Of a DNA stretch of 32,000 nucleotides, positions 22,723-30,669 are shown one piece after another. The stretch comes from Candidatus Pacearchaeota archaeon (GTDB taxonomy: Archaea > Nanobdellota > Nanobdellia > Pacearchaeales > GW2011-AR1). The notes beneath the pieces were generated by a model that made no database searches, was not told the origin of the DNA, and saw nothing but the letters and a program-made list of their open reading frames with translations. The stretch's first letter is position 1. Every line of letters starts with the position of its first letter. The DNA is taken from positions 1-32,000 of the forward strand of contig VGKT01000005.1 of the NCBI GenBank assembly GCA_016866955.1, written 5' to 3'. A program made the translations under genes and the position numbers.

Positions 22723-23295
22723 ATGAAACCAATCTATATTATTGAACACCTTGAGCCAGAAATCGGAACCTGGTGTATGTGTGAATATGAACGCATTTCC
22801 CAGCTAGTAGGCAAAGAAAATCTCTGGTTCACCAACATCTCCCAACCAACAAAAGAATTAGAAACATTAGGAAAAGTACTCAACACGTCAGTGAAAGACC
22901 TCAAACTTCAGAATGCCTGCGTTCTTGACCCTGAAGCACCTACTTTACTCACCCCCGAAAACATCAAACCCTATCAGTATATCATTATCGGAGGCATCCT
23001 CGGAGACTACCCTCCTAAAAAACGCACAACAAAAGAACTCACTCAATTCATCCCTAACGCCAAAGCCTACAACATCGGCAAGAAGCAATTCTCAACAGAC
23101 AACGCAGTCTATGTGGTAGATCGAATCGTAAAAGGCACTCCTTTCACCACCATCAAAACCAAATACAAAATTAGCATCAAAGTAGATGACATCGCTTCCA
23201 TCGATCTCCCCTATTGCTATCCCCTTGATGCCACAGGTCAGCCGTTAATGAGCCCTAAATTAGTCAACTATCTTAAAACAAAGGAAGGGTTTTAA
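22723..23295 (+). CDS. SFM1-like SPOUT-family SAM-dependent methyltransferase (190 aa)
   Basis: MKPIYIIEHLEPEIGTWCMCEY... and LDPEAPTLLTPENIKPYQYIIIGGILGDYPPKKRTTKEL parallel yeast Sfm1 (MKYIIEHMEE..., LLDPRA...FDYFVFGGILGDHPPRDRTKEL). Start re-called from the TATA spacing. Confidence 0.75.
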   Translation: MKPIYIIEHLEPEIGTWCMCEYERISQLVGKENLWFTNISQPTKELETLGKVLNTSVKDLKLQNACVLDPEAPTLLTPENIKPYQYIIIGGILGDYPPKKRTTKELTQFIPNAKAYNIGKKQFSTDNAVYVVDRIVKGTPFTTIKTKYKISIKVDDIASIDLPYCYPLDATGQPLMSPKLVNYLKTKEGF

Positions 23296-23303
23296 TCATA
23301 ACA

Positions 23304-24434
23304 TTACCTCCCCTCATACTCCCTAATAAACTTCTTTTTAAATTCCTTAAATTTCCCTGCGCGTATAGCTTTTCGTACTCTGCGCATCAATTCCTGCAAG
23401 AAATATAAGTTATGATAGCTCGCAAGCTGATAACCCACTCCTTCTTCATTTCGAATGAGATGGCAAATATACGCTCGTGAATACCTCTTACACACCATAC
23501 ACGCACATCCTTCATCCAAAGGCTTGAGAGAAGTTTTATATTCTGCATTCGTGACAATGTATTTACCCTTCCAGGAAAAAATATTCCCATGCCGAGCATT
23601 CATGGTAGGAAACCTAGAGTCAAACATATCGCATCCTCGCTCAATCGCTTCCAATAATTCAACAGGATTCCCTGCCCCCATCAAATAAACAGGTTTATTT
23701 CGAGGCAAATACCCTTGACAAACCTCAATCATCCGATATTCATCTTCTTTCGCCTCTCCCAATGCAAGCCCTCCAATTGAAAAGCCATCAAAATCGAGTT
23801 GCGTAAGTGCTTCAGCAGAAACACGACGCAAATCATCATGAATACCCCCTTGCACAATCCCAAACAACAATTGCCGTTTCTTTTTGGAAATCTTTTTCTG
23901 CAAAGCATCATGTGTTTCCTTGCATCGACATGCCCAATTCGTGGTACGAGTAACTGCTAAAGAAACTGCTTCTTTGGAATGGGCAATCAACGGCATGGTA
24001 TCAAAGCACATCGCCACATCACTTCCTAAGTCAAGTTGTAATTGCATATTCTGTTCAGGCGTCATAAAAATCCGCTCACCTGAATAAGGATTTTTGAACT
24101 CAACACCTTTGTCCGTTGAACCCTTATACAAGCTCGGGGAGTACATCTGAAATCCTCCCGAATCGGTAAACATAACACCCTTGTATGAAGATAATGCGCG
24201 AATGCCTCCCAATTTTTTCACGACTGAAGCACCAGGACGTAATGATAGCACAAAGGAATTGCTAATTGTTGCATTCACACCCATTGCTTCAAGCATCTCA
24301 GGAGAAACATGTTTTACTGCAGTCTTAGTAGCAACAGGCATGAAAAAGGGAGTCTCAACACTACCGGAGCGAGTTATTAATTTCCCTACCCGTGCTAACG
24401 AATGCTTGTCTCGTGCAAGTACCTTAAAGGCCAT
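23304..24434 (-). CDS. tgt: tRNA-guanine transglycosylase, catalytic domain only (archaeosine/queuine TGT family)
   Basis: ETPFFMPVATK, TDSGGFQ, SIGGLALGE, and zinc site CACMVCKRYSRAYICHL (CxCxxC...H). At 376 aa it has no C-terminal PUA-type domains. Confidence 0.9.
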   Translation of the reverse strand: MAFKVLARDKHSLARVGKLITRSGSVETPFFMPVATKTAVKHVSPEMLEAMGVNATISNSFVLSLRPGASVVKKLGGIRALSSYKGVMFTDSGGFQMYSPSLYKGSTDKGVEFKNPYSGERIFMTPEQNMQLQLDLGSDVAMCFDTMPLIAHSKEAVSLAVTRTTNWACRCKETHDALQKKISKKKRQLLFGIVQGGIHDDLRRVSAEALTQLDFDGFSIGGLALGEAKEDEYRMIEVCQGYLPRNKPVYLMGAGNPVELLEAIERGCDMFDSRFPTMNARHGNIFSWKGKYIVTNAEYKTSLKPLDEGCACMVCKRYSRAYICHLIRNEEGVGYQLASYHNLYFLQELMRRVRKAIRAGKFKEFKKKFIREYEGR

Positions 24435-24479
24435 ATAAAGAACATCAAAAAGTGTGCTTTAAAGCTATCGAAAAAAGAA

Positions 24480-24599
24480 TTAAGCTGTTTTAGTCGCAAC
24501 TAATGGTTTAGCAAAAATGCGTGCAAGCATATGTTTACCATTAGTAATCAAATTATGCTGCCATCTGCGATTTCGTTTACGTCGTGCTGCTTGTCTCAT
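24480..24599 (-). CDS. candidate 39-aa protein with strongly basic N-terminus, below the ORF-track cutoff
   Basis: MRQAARRKRNRRWQHNLITNGKHMLARIFAKPLVATKTA. ATG 24599 lies exactly 21 nt downstream of the minus-sense TATA box TTTAAAAG (24621-24628), the same spacing as the confirmed genes. Confidence 0.45.
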   Translation of the reverse strand: MRQAARRKRNRRWQHNLITNGKHMLARIFAKPLVATKTA

Positions 24600-24790
24600 G
24601 TCCTGCCCTAGTAAAAATACCTTTTAAACCTTACTTAAGAGATTCCCAGAAACATATGGACATTCATTTAAGAGCCTACCTTCAAGTAATTAAAAACTCA
24701 TAAAAATGGAGCCAAAAATATCTTAATAAATACTTTTTCCATGCGAAACTATGTAAAGGTTTAAATACTACTATTTTATAGTAACAACAA

Positions 24791-25318
24791 ATGAATTTAG
24801 TAAAAAGACTGAGAAATAAAGTATCTTTGGCTTTTTTAGCTGGAGGCCTTGCTTTAGGAACGTATGATGCAAGAGCAGAAGAATATACCACTACTGATTT
24901 TAAAAAAGATACTGAAAAAATGATTCTTGCACGTATGCTTTTTGGAGAAGCAAGAAACTGCTCAAGAGAAGAAAAGATTGCTGTTGCCTATACTGCAATA
25001 AATAGGGCCAATGATGGAAAAAAGTGGAATGGAAGTACTGTAAAAGAAGCTATACTTGTTCCAAAGCAATATAGTTGTTTTAATGAGAATGACCCAAATA
25101 GAAAAAAAATAATGAATCCTGAAAAATACGATAAACGTTCTTTTATTGAATGCCTAGACGTTGCTACACGAGTTTTAGAAGGTGCCTACCCAGACCCTAC
25201 AAAAGGAGCGACACATTATCATACTCTAAGTAGTACTCCCTCTTGGGCAAAAAGTACTAAAATTGAAAAAAAAGGTCGTATTGGAGATTCTAAACACATA
25301 TTCTATCAAGAAAAATAA
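24791..25318 (+). CDS. secreted SleB-like cell-wall hydrolase (Hydrolase_2 family)
   Basis: Signal peptide MNLVKRLRNKVSLAFLAGGLALGTYDARA. LARMLFGEARNCSREEKIAVAYTAINR...KQYSCFN...GATHYH...IGDSKHIFY matches the pattern (LA..V.GEA......AVA.V..NR...QFS....GAT.Y.......G.H.FY). Confidence 0.75.
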   Translation: MNLVKRLRNKVSLAFLAGGLALGTYDARAEEYTTTDFKKDTEKMILARMLFGEARNCSREEKIAVAYTAINRANDGKKWNGSTVKEAILVPKQYSCFNENDPNRKKIMNPEKYDKRSFIECLDVATRVLEGAYPDPTKGATHYHTLSSTPSWAKSTKIEKKGRIGDSKHIFYQEK

Positions 25319-25396
25319 TTTATTTCTTTAAAAGTACATAATCCTATATTTCCATAGATTAAGCTTTCTAACAAAACTACGTAAGACAGAATTAAA

Positions 25397-25469
25397 TGAG
25401 GCCACTGGGAATCGCACCCAGGCCGCCAACACCCCATGCTGGAATCCTACTAAGCTGGACCATGGCCCC
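25397..25469 (-). tRNA. tRNA-Pro (anticodon GGG)
   Basis: GGGGCCA-TG-GTCC-AGCTTAGTA-GGAT-T-CCAGC-ATGGGGT-GTTGG-CGGC-CTGGG-TGCGATT-CCCAG-TGGCCTC-A. TATA lies about 24 nt upstream. The T-loop reads TGCGATT rather than the TTCGATT of the other tRNAs here. Confidence 0.85.
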
Positions 25470-25509
25470 TCATCATCGTGCTAGAAAGTAGGGCTTTTAA
25501 GAATACTGG

Positions 25510-26409
25510 TTACTCTTTCTTCACAACCATATGTTTAACGGTTTCAACTGCACCAACCGATTTCTTCTTCAAAAGCTCATATAAGGTAAAGAACATAACC
25601 AACGCTCCCCCCAAAGTAGAAAAAAGAACAGCATTTTCTTTCAAAGTATCAAGAAAAGATTTCTTTTCAACAACACTTAATTGTAAAGAACGTAAAGCCA
25701 ATTCATCTTCCACCAATGCTAATGCAACTCTTGCCTCCAAAGGTTCTTGTCGAATTAAAGCTGCTTCAGCATCTCGCAAATAGTCTTTTGCATCATCAAG
25801 TAAAATAGAAGAAACAGCATAGCGTTCCTTTACTTTTGTCGTACGTTCCTGTTCAAGCAAAGCATATCGTTTTTTAACTTCATCCAACTCGAGAGAAACT
25901 GCATCAAGCTGTTCTTGAAGTACTTTTGCACTGTTCACAATCCCTACAAGAGCAGGGCGGATATGTATAGGAAATAGAAAAGAAGCTGAACCAACTTGCA
26001 CTGTCAAATTCCCCGTTCCTGCCTCCTCAAATTTCCCTGAAACCAACACAAATCCTTTAGCTCCTGGAGCTAATTCATCTAAAACACTTACAGAATAAGA
26101 AGCAAATCCAGGATAGACAAGTCCAACAGTAGAAGTATAGAATGGGGCCGTACCATTATTCACAAAAAGAATACTAAACTGTACATCCCCAGTACGTAAT
26201 AATTCAGGAACTACTTTCACAACAAGTAATTGGGGGGCAGAGGGAGTAACATTCATCGAAACATTTGAAGAACCAAAAAAAGAAGCAGGTTCAAATGACA
26301 CATTTGATTGATTGAAGGGAAGAAGGGAAGCATTAGTCACTTCTTCAGCACTACCCAAGGTACAAGTAACAAGTACAATAAGCAGAAAAATAAACTCTTT
26401 TCTCGCCAT
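25510..26409 (-). CDS. secreted, C-terminally anchored protein with beta-rich (CARDB-like) domain and coiled coil (299 aa)
   Basis: Signal peptide MARKEFIFLLIVLVTCTLGSA, a coiled-coil stretch LDAVSLELDEVKKRYALLEQE, and C-terminal TM VLFSTLGGALVMFFTLYELL. It lies 34 nt downstream of the MutS-like gene. Confidence 0.65.
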   Translation of the reverse strand: MARKEFIFLLIVLVTCTLGSAEEVTNASLLPFNQSNVSFEPASFFGSSNVSMNVTPSAPQLLVVKVVPELLRTGDVQFSILFVNNGTAPFYTSTVGLVYPGFASYSVSVLDELAPGAKGFVLVSGKFEEAGTGNLTVQVGSASFLFPIHIRPALVGIVNSAKVLQEQLDAVSLELDEVKKRYALLEQERTTKVKERYAVSSILLDDAKDYLRDAEAALIRQEPLEARVALALVEDELALRSLQLSVVEKKSFLDTLKENAVLFSTLGGALVMFFTLYELLKKKSVGAVETVKHMVVKKE

Positions 26410-26443
26410 AGTAAAAAACGCTTCTTTTCAAGGATTATAAAAG

Positions 26444-28168
26444 TTACGTTTCCTTCTTTTTTACTAAATAAGCATGCACAAACGTAAAATACTGGTTAGT
26501 TTGCGTTTTAGCCATACGTTCAATTATTAATTCAGGAGTAGAATGCGCCAATCTTCCTAACACCGGAGCATGATCAATGAGTAATTCAAAACTATCATCT
26601 AATCCCTTTGCTTCAATGCCATCTATCCGACTCCCTGAAGGAATATGGTGTTGAATTTCTTGTCCCAAGTGTGTTGCAATAATCATAAAGCATTCTTTTT
26701 CAACAAAATACTGTACAGTTGCACAAATAAGCATTCCCGCAACACCCGGTTCAGTTACGGCCTCTATTTCATCAGCAAGGATCAACGTTTGTGTACCGGG
26801 AGTAATACTTGCCAATTGAGTCAATAACGTTTCAAAGGCCCCTTTATTCATGCTTCCTTTATTTTTTGCAAAATAATACACTTCAGTAAATAAAGGCAAT
26901 TCAACCACTCCGCGTACAGGTAAGCCTAATTGATGTAAACTCACTAATTGAGTCACATGTTCTAACAAAGTTGTTTTTCCTCCGCTATTTGCCCCTGTTA
27001 AAAGTGAAGCACGAGTTCCCGTGTCAAGTAAGAAACTAATTGGTTGAGGGGCAGATAAAAAAAGATTTTTTGCTTCAAGTAATTTACATTGTGGACCAAT
27101 AGTTGGAAAACCAGAAGTGGTAGAAGTATATGATGCAACACCCGTACAAAAATCATACACCACTAAAGCACGTTCAAGAGCAGAAAGCAAGGAAGGAATT
27201 TTCATCACCATATGTGCTTGTTTACGTATTGCTTCAGCAATACTTGTAAATTGAGTAGCTTGTTGTTTTTTAATCAGTGCGTCCGCTTCTTGCTCTTGTA
27301 ATCTAACAGGGATAGTCTCGCTGCATAAATGTCCTGGCAACTCTGAATGTGCAATCGCTTCTCGTACCAACGTTTGTAATTGCGGCGGTAATTTTTCTTT
27401 TTGAACCAAGGCCAATAATGCATCTCCTGTTAAAACAATATCTTTCATACGAGTAGAAATAGTTGCATTGATGATTCCAATTCGTTCTTCAAGATCAGTA
27501 AAGGTAAGGGGAGTAAACGTACTCTGACGTGTTAAAGCAAGCAACGAAACCAATTGACTCACTAAGGTGCCTAACGCACCAGAAGATCCAAGAGAAGCAA
27601 GGCGTTCAAGTATTCCTTTCCATCGAGAAAGTAATTCAATATGTCGTTCAAGATATACCTCTTCAGTACTATCTAAAAAGATAGTTTGAGGAAGTCGTTC
27701 CAAAGTTTGTTGATATTGATCGCATCCAATAACTTGTACCACATCATAAGCATCAAGCGATTGCACGTCATATTCACTAATCAAATACTTTACAGGGCAA
27801 GCCAAATCTTTCAATTGGGTAAAGATTTTTTCATCTTCAGTCACCACCAAAACACCATACGGGGGTTTCCAAGAAGCCTTATGTAATGCAAGTTCAGCTA
27901 AAAAAGAACGATCTCCAAGTACAAGAGAACCAAAAAAAGCCTGCCTTCGTTCCAATTCACTAATACTTTGAGATAAAGGAAAACATCCCCATAAAGCCCC
28001 GGTATCAGAAAAAACAAAAGGTTTACTCAATAACGAAAGCACTTTTGTATGCACTGCTCGTCCATCTGCCGTTTTATACACTCCCGTACTAATACGCGAG
28101 GGGGTTTTCGTCTCATGAAACGGAGATAACCCATATTCTGTACAATATGCTTCCAATACCTCTTTCAT
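26444..28168 (-). CDS. MutS-family ATPase (MutS2-like core, no Smr domain seen), 574 aa
   Basis: Walker A LLTGANSGGKTTLL and Walker B LILADEIEAVTEPGVAG, typical of MutS domain V. Start re-called to ATG 28168 (MKEVLEAY...), 20 nt from the palindromic TATA box CTTTAAAG (28189-28196). Confidence 0.75.
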   Translation of the reverse strand: MKEVLEAYCTEYGLSPFHETKTPSRISTGVYKTADGRAVHTKVLSLLSKPFVFSDTGALWGCFPLSQSISELERRQAFFGSLVLGDRSFLAELALHKASWKPPYGVLVVTEDEKIFTQLKDLACPVKYLISEYDVQSLDAYDVVQVIGCDQYQQTLERLPQTIFLDSTEEVYLERHIELLSRWKGILERLASLGSSGALGTLVSQLVSLLALTRQSTFTPLTFTDLEERIGIINATISTRMKDIVLTGDALLALVQKEKLPPQLQTLVREAIAHSELPGHLCSETIPVRLQEQEADALIKKQQATQFTSIAEAIRKQAHMVMKIPSLLSALERALVVYDFCTGVASYTSTTSGFPTIGPQCKLLEAKNLFLSAPQPISFLLDTGTRASLLTGANSGGKTTLLEHVTQLVSLHQLGLPVRGVVELPLFTEVYYFAKNKGSMNKGAFETLLTQLASITPGTQTLILADEIEAVTEPGVAGMLICATVQYFVEKECFMIIATHLGQEIQHHIPSGSRIDGIEAKGLDDSFELLIDHAPVLGRLAHSTPELIIERMAKTQTNQYFTFVHAYLVKKKET

Positions 28169-28284
28169 TTTGTAAAAAGTCGCTACCACTTTAAAGGGTT
28201 ATGTGTAATCCAGCATAAAGATAGCGACGACATTTCAAGAGAGAGAGAAAGCCTTAAAAACCATTAAAGAGAAACATCGTTCCC

Positions 28285-28797
28285 ATGTATATACAAAAAT
28301 GGAAATTGCGAGCAAAAGGCAAAGGAGCCTACTTCAAATCAGACATCACATCAGCCACGTTTGACTATGAATGGTTATACGTTCATAGTCAAGACCAGCT
28401 GAAAAAAATAGGGATACTCGGCTGGCCTGAGAGAGAAAACTGCATGATTCAACGGGCACCCCTTGAAAGAAAAGCATTTGAAATTGTATGTAACGAACGA
28501 GAAACAACACTCAACACTACAACAACTTACCCACAAGGAATCATTAACGTGACTAGTTCTGGAAAGGAAGAAACACTAAAACTTATTGCCTTTCTAAGCG
28601 GAAAAGGCAAAACAACGCACCTTTATCGTGCATCACAATATAAAGAAGGAACGCCCGCGGATATCCTTGTATTTGATGAAGCTCCCCCTTCAGAAGAACT
28701 CTATCAATGCGAAAAGCAAACCCCCATTAATTTTGTAAGAAATAAAAAAACACTGCGAAACCTCGTCCGCGCTTATCATTGGGTAACTGGAAGATAA
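28285..28797 (+). CDS. hypothetical protein (170 aa)
   Basis: The ORF has an upstream TATA-like CTTAAAAA (28253-28260). No motif recognised. Confidence 0.55.
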   Translation: MYIQKWKLRAKGKGAYFKSDITSATFDYEWLYVHSQDQLKKIGILGWPERENCMIQRAPLERKAFEIVCNERETTLNTTTTYPQGIINVTSSGKEETLKLIAFLSGKGKTTHLYRASQYKEGTPADILVFDEAPPSEELYQCEKQTPINFVRNKKTLRNLVRAYHWVTGR

Positions 28798-28829
28798 TAT
28801 TCTTATAGTAACTCAGACTTATTTCCATC

Positions 28830-29213
28830 ATGGACGAAGCGCTGATTAAGAAAAAACTCTCCCCTGAAGAATATGCGATCCTGAGACAAGGGGGCACTGA
28901 ACGCCCGTTTACCGGACAATACCTTCATCACAAAGAAACAGGAGACTATCGCTGTAAAGTGTGTGGAAGCATCTTGTTTCCCTCAGATACCAAATTTGAC
29001 TCAGGTACCGGTTGGCCAAGCTTCACCGAACCTGCCAACACACACGCTGTCGCCTTGAAAGAAGACACTACACATGGAATGCAACGCATAGAAGTACGCT
29101 GTAAGACCTGCAACTCTCATCTCGGCCATGTCTTTCCCGATGGTCCAGAAGGAAAACAACGATATTGCATTAACTCTGCATGTGTAGTATTTCAAAAAAA
29201 AATAAAGAGATGA
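28830..29213 (+). CDS. msrB: peptide-methionine (R)-S-oxide reductase MsrB
   Basis: YRCKVCGSILF, GTGWPSF, CKTCNSHLGHVFPDGP, RYCINS. Confidence 0.93.
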   Translation: MDEALIKKKLSPEEYAILRQGGTERPFTGQYLHHKETGDYRCKVCGSILFPSDTKFDSGTGWPSFTEPANTHAVALKEDTTHGMQRIEVRCKTCNSHLGHVFPDGPEGKQRYCINSACVVFQKKIKR

Positions 29214-29342
29214 TTAGAACGTAGGACTATTTCCGCCAGAACTATGGCCTACTCTTGATTCAATGTCATCAACGCTTTTTTCTGCAGATTTTGAAACAAA
29301 ATAAATTCCCTTATCTTTAAATGGGAAAAAATCTTTCAAGAA

Positions 29343-29413
29343 GGCCCGTGCCGGGAATCGAACCGGACTCTGTCCGCGATAAGAATGTGTACTAGCCATT
29401 ATACTATTAGAGC
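29343..29413 (-). pseudogene. tRNA-like gene made of two non-matching halves (chimeric or degenerate tRNA)
   Basis: 5' part: GCTCTAA-TA-GTAT-AATGGCTA-GTAC-A, a good acceptor strand and D arm, about 31% GC. 3' part: C-GCGGA-CAGAG-TCCGG-TTCGATT-CCCGG-CACGGGC-C, a T arm with one mismatch plus an acceptor strand, about 72% GC. The total of 71 nt is tRNA-sized. However, GCTCTAA cannot pair with CACGGGC, and no anticodon stem forms. Confidence 0.6.
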
Positions 29414-29604
29414 TTCAAAGCCAGATAGAAGGAACAAGTTTTAAATGTTCTACTTACTAAGATAACACGAAGATAAAAAGTAAATCGCTTTATTCTAGCG
29501 TCATACTCGGACCAATAATTAACATAGCATTTATTTAGCCCCTTAATAAAATTAGAATAACGTAGTTTTTAATCTTTTATTTTTCTCCTTAGTGCTTGAT
29601 CTTG

Positions 29605-30669
29605 CTAAATAAGACTCAAGATGAAAGCAACTAGGCTAAAAAGCAATACAAATAAAATAGCTCTTTTCTTTGATATATGAAGGATTTTCTTTGAAAGGAA
29701 TTTAGTTGCACTGAATAACAAATCAGTATTGAAAAACCAAAATAAACCGATAATACTAAAAGAAACATAAGTAAATACTGCAGGAATAGCAGTCTTACCT
29801 ATAACAAGCCCACCGATAACTGCATCCATGACGCCGCCAAGGTTTGTCCCAATGAGATAAGGTATAGCTTTCTTAAGATTAATAAGCCTTACTACAATTA
29901 ACGGTATAAGCAGGGCAAGAGTTACACTTGTGGATGTCAAAATTAAGGCAATAATCAATCCAGTTAGAAAGGAAAAGTAATTATCCCCCATATATTTATT
30001 AATACTCTTTCTCAGATATGTCTCGCCACAAAATTTAACTATAAAATAAGGCATTTTCTTCAAACTAAAAATCAAAAAAACAATACCTAAAAAGGGAAAT
30101 AGATATGGTGGCACAATAATATCTAACAATTTTATTAAAGGAAGTGTAATGCTATCAATAGAAATAAATTCAAAGGGAATTTGAATGCTGATAAAATAAT
30201 TTCCTATATTTGAGAAAAAAGAAAAGAGATATTCCATGAAAAACATAAGAACTGCTATCGGTAATGCATAGACAATATTTGCCAATCCGATTTCGAATCC
30301 GTGCCTAAAATCACGTTCTTTTGCAGAAATAAATAGTGCTACTAGAAAGAAAGTTATTGTTGTTCCGATTCTTGTTCCTATAACCATAAAAACCAAAAGT
30401 GTTTGCTCTATAATTCCTGCAGAATTTATGGCTGCTAAAGCAGATGTTGTAGCCCCGCTTGATTGCAGTATCAGTGTTAAAAGCCAGCCAATGCCAAAAG
30501 CGTTAACTTCGCTTACGTTGTCGTCAAGCAATCTTAGAAAAGCTATTTCGGCACCACTGAAAAAATATTTTATTAACTCAAGAGAAAGAAAAAATAAAAA
30601 GAAGGAAAGCAATAAACCTAAAAGATAAATAACTTTTTTTTGTTTACTTTCTGCTAAGATAAAATTCAT
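29605..30669 (-). CDS. Na+/phosphate cotransporter family (NptA/PF02690-like) membrane protein
   Basis: GIGWLLTLILQSSGATTSALAAINSAGII (QSS-containing repeat) and a second repeat IGTNLGGVMDAVIGGL. It is polytopic and its coding sequence is AT-rich. AGGAG lies 9 nt upstream of the ATG. Confidence 0.7.
   Translation of the reverse strand: MNFILAESKQKKVIYLLGLLLSFFLFFLSLELIKYFFSGAEIAFLRLLDDNVSEVNAFGIGWLLTLILQSSGATTSALAAINSAGIIEQTLLVFMVIGTRIGTTITFFLVALFISAKERDFRHGFEIGLANIVYALPIAVLMFFMEYLFSFFSNIGNYFISIQIPFEFISIDSITLPLIKLLDIIVPPYLFPFLGIVFLIFSLKKMPYFIVKFCGETYLRKSINKYMGDNYFSFLTGLIIALILTSTSVTLALLIPLIVVRLINLKKAIPYLIGTNLGGVMDAVIGGLVIGKTAIPAVFTYVSFSIIGLFWFFNTDLLFSATKFLSKKILHISKKRAILFVLLFSLVAFILSLI

Noticed and set aside
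22573-22749. Mutually overlapping 5' extensions of ORFs 22573-23295 (+) and 22393-22749 (-).
   Set aside because: Both extensions cross the shared TATA box (22693-22702). Internal ATGs at 22723 and 22671 fit the 20-21 nt spacing. The Sfm1-like homology begins at MKPIYIIEH.
29214-29399. 61-aa minus-strand ORF.
   Set aside because: It starts inside the tRNA-like element and covers its T-run terminator region. It has no promoter and no recognisable motif.
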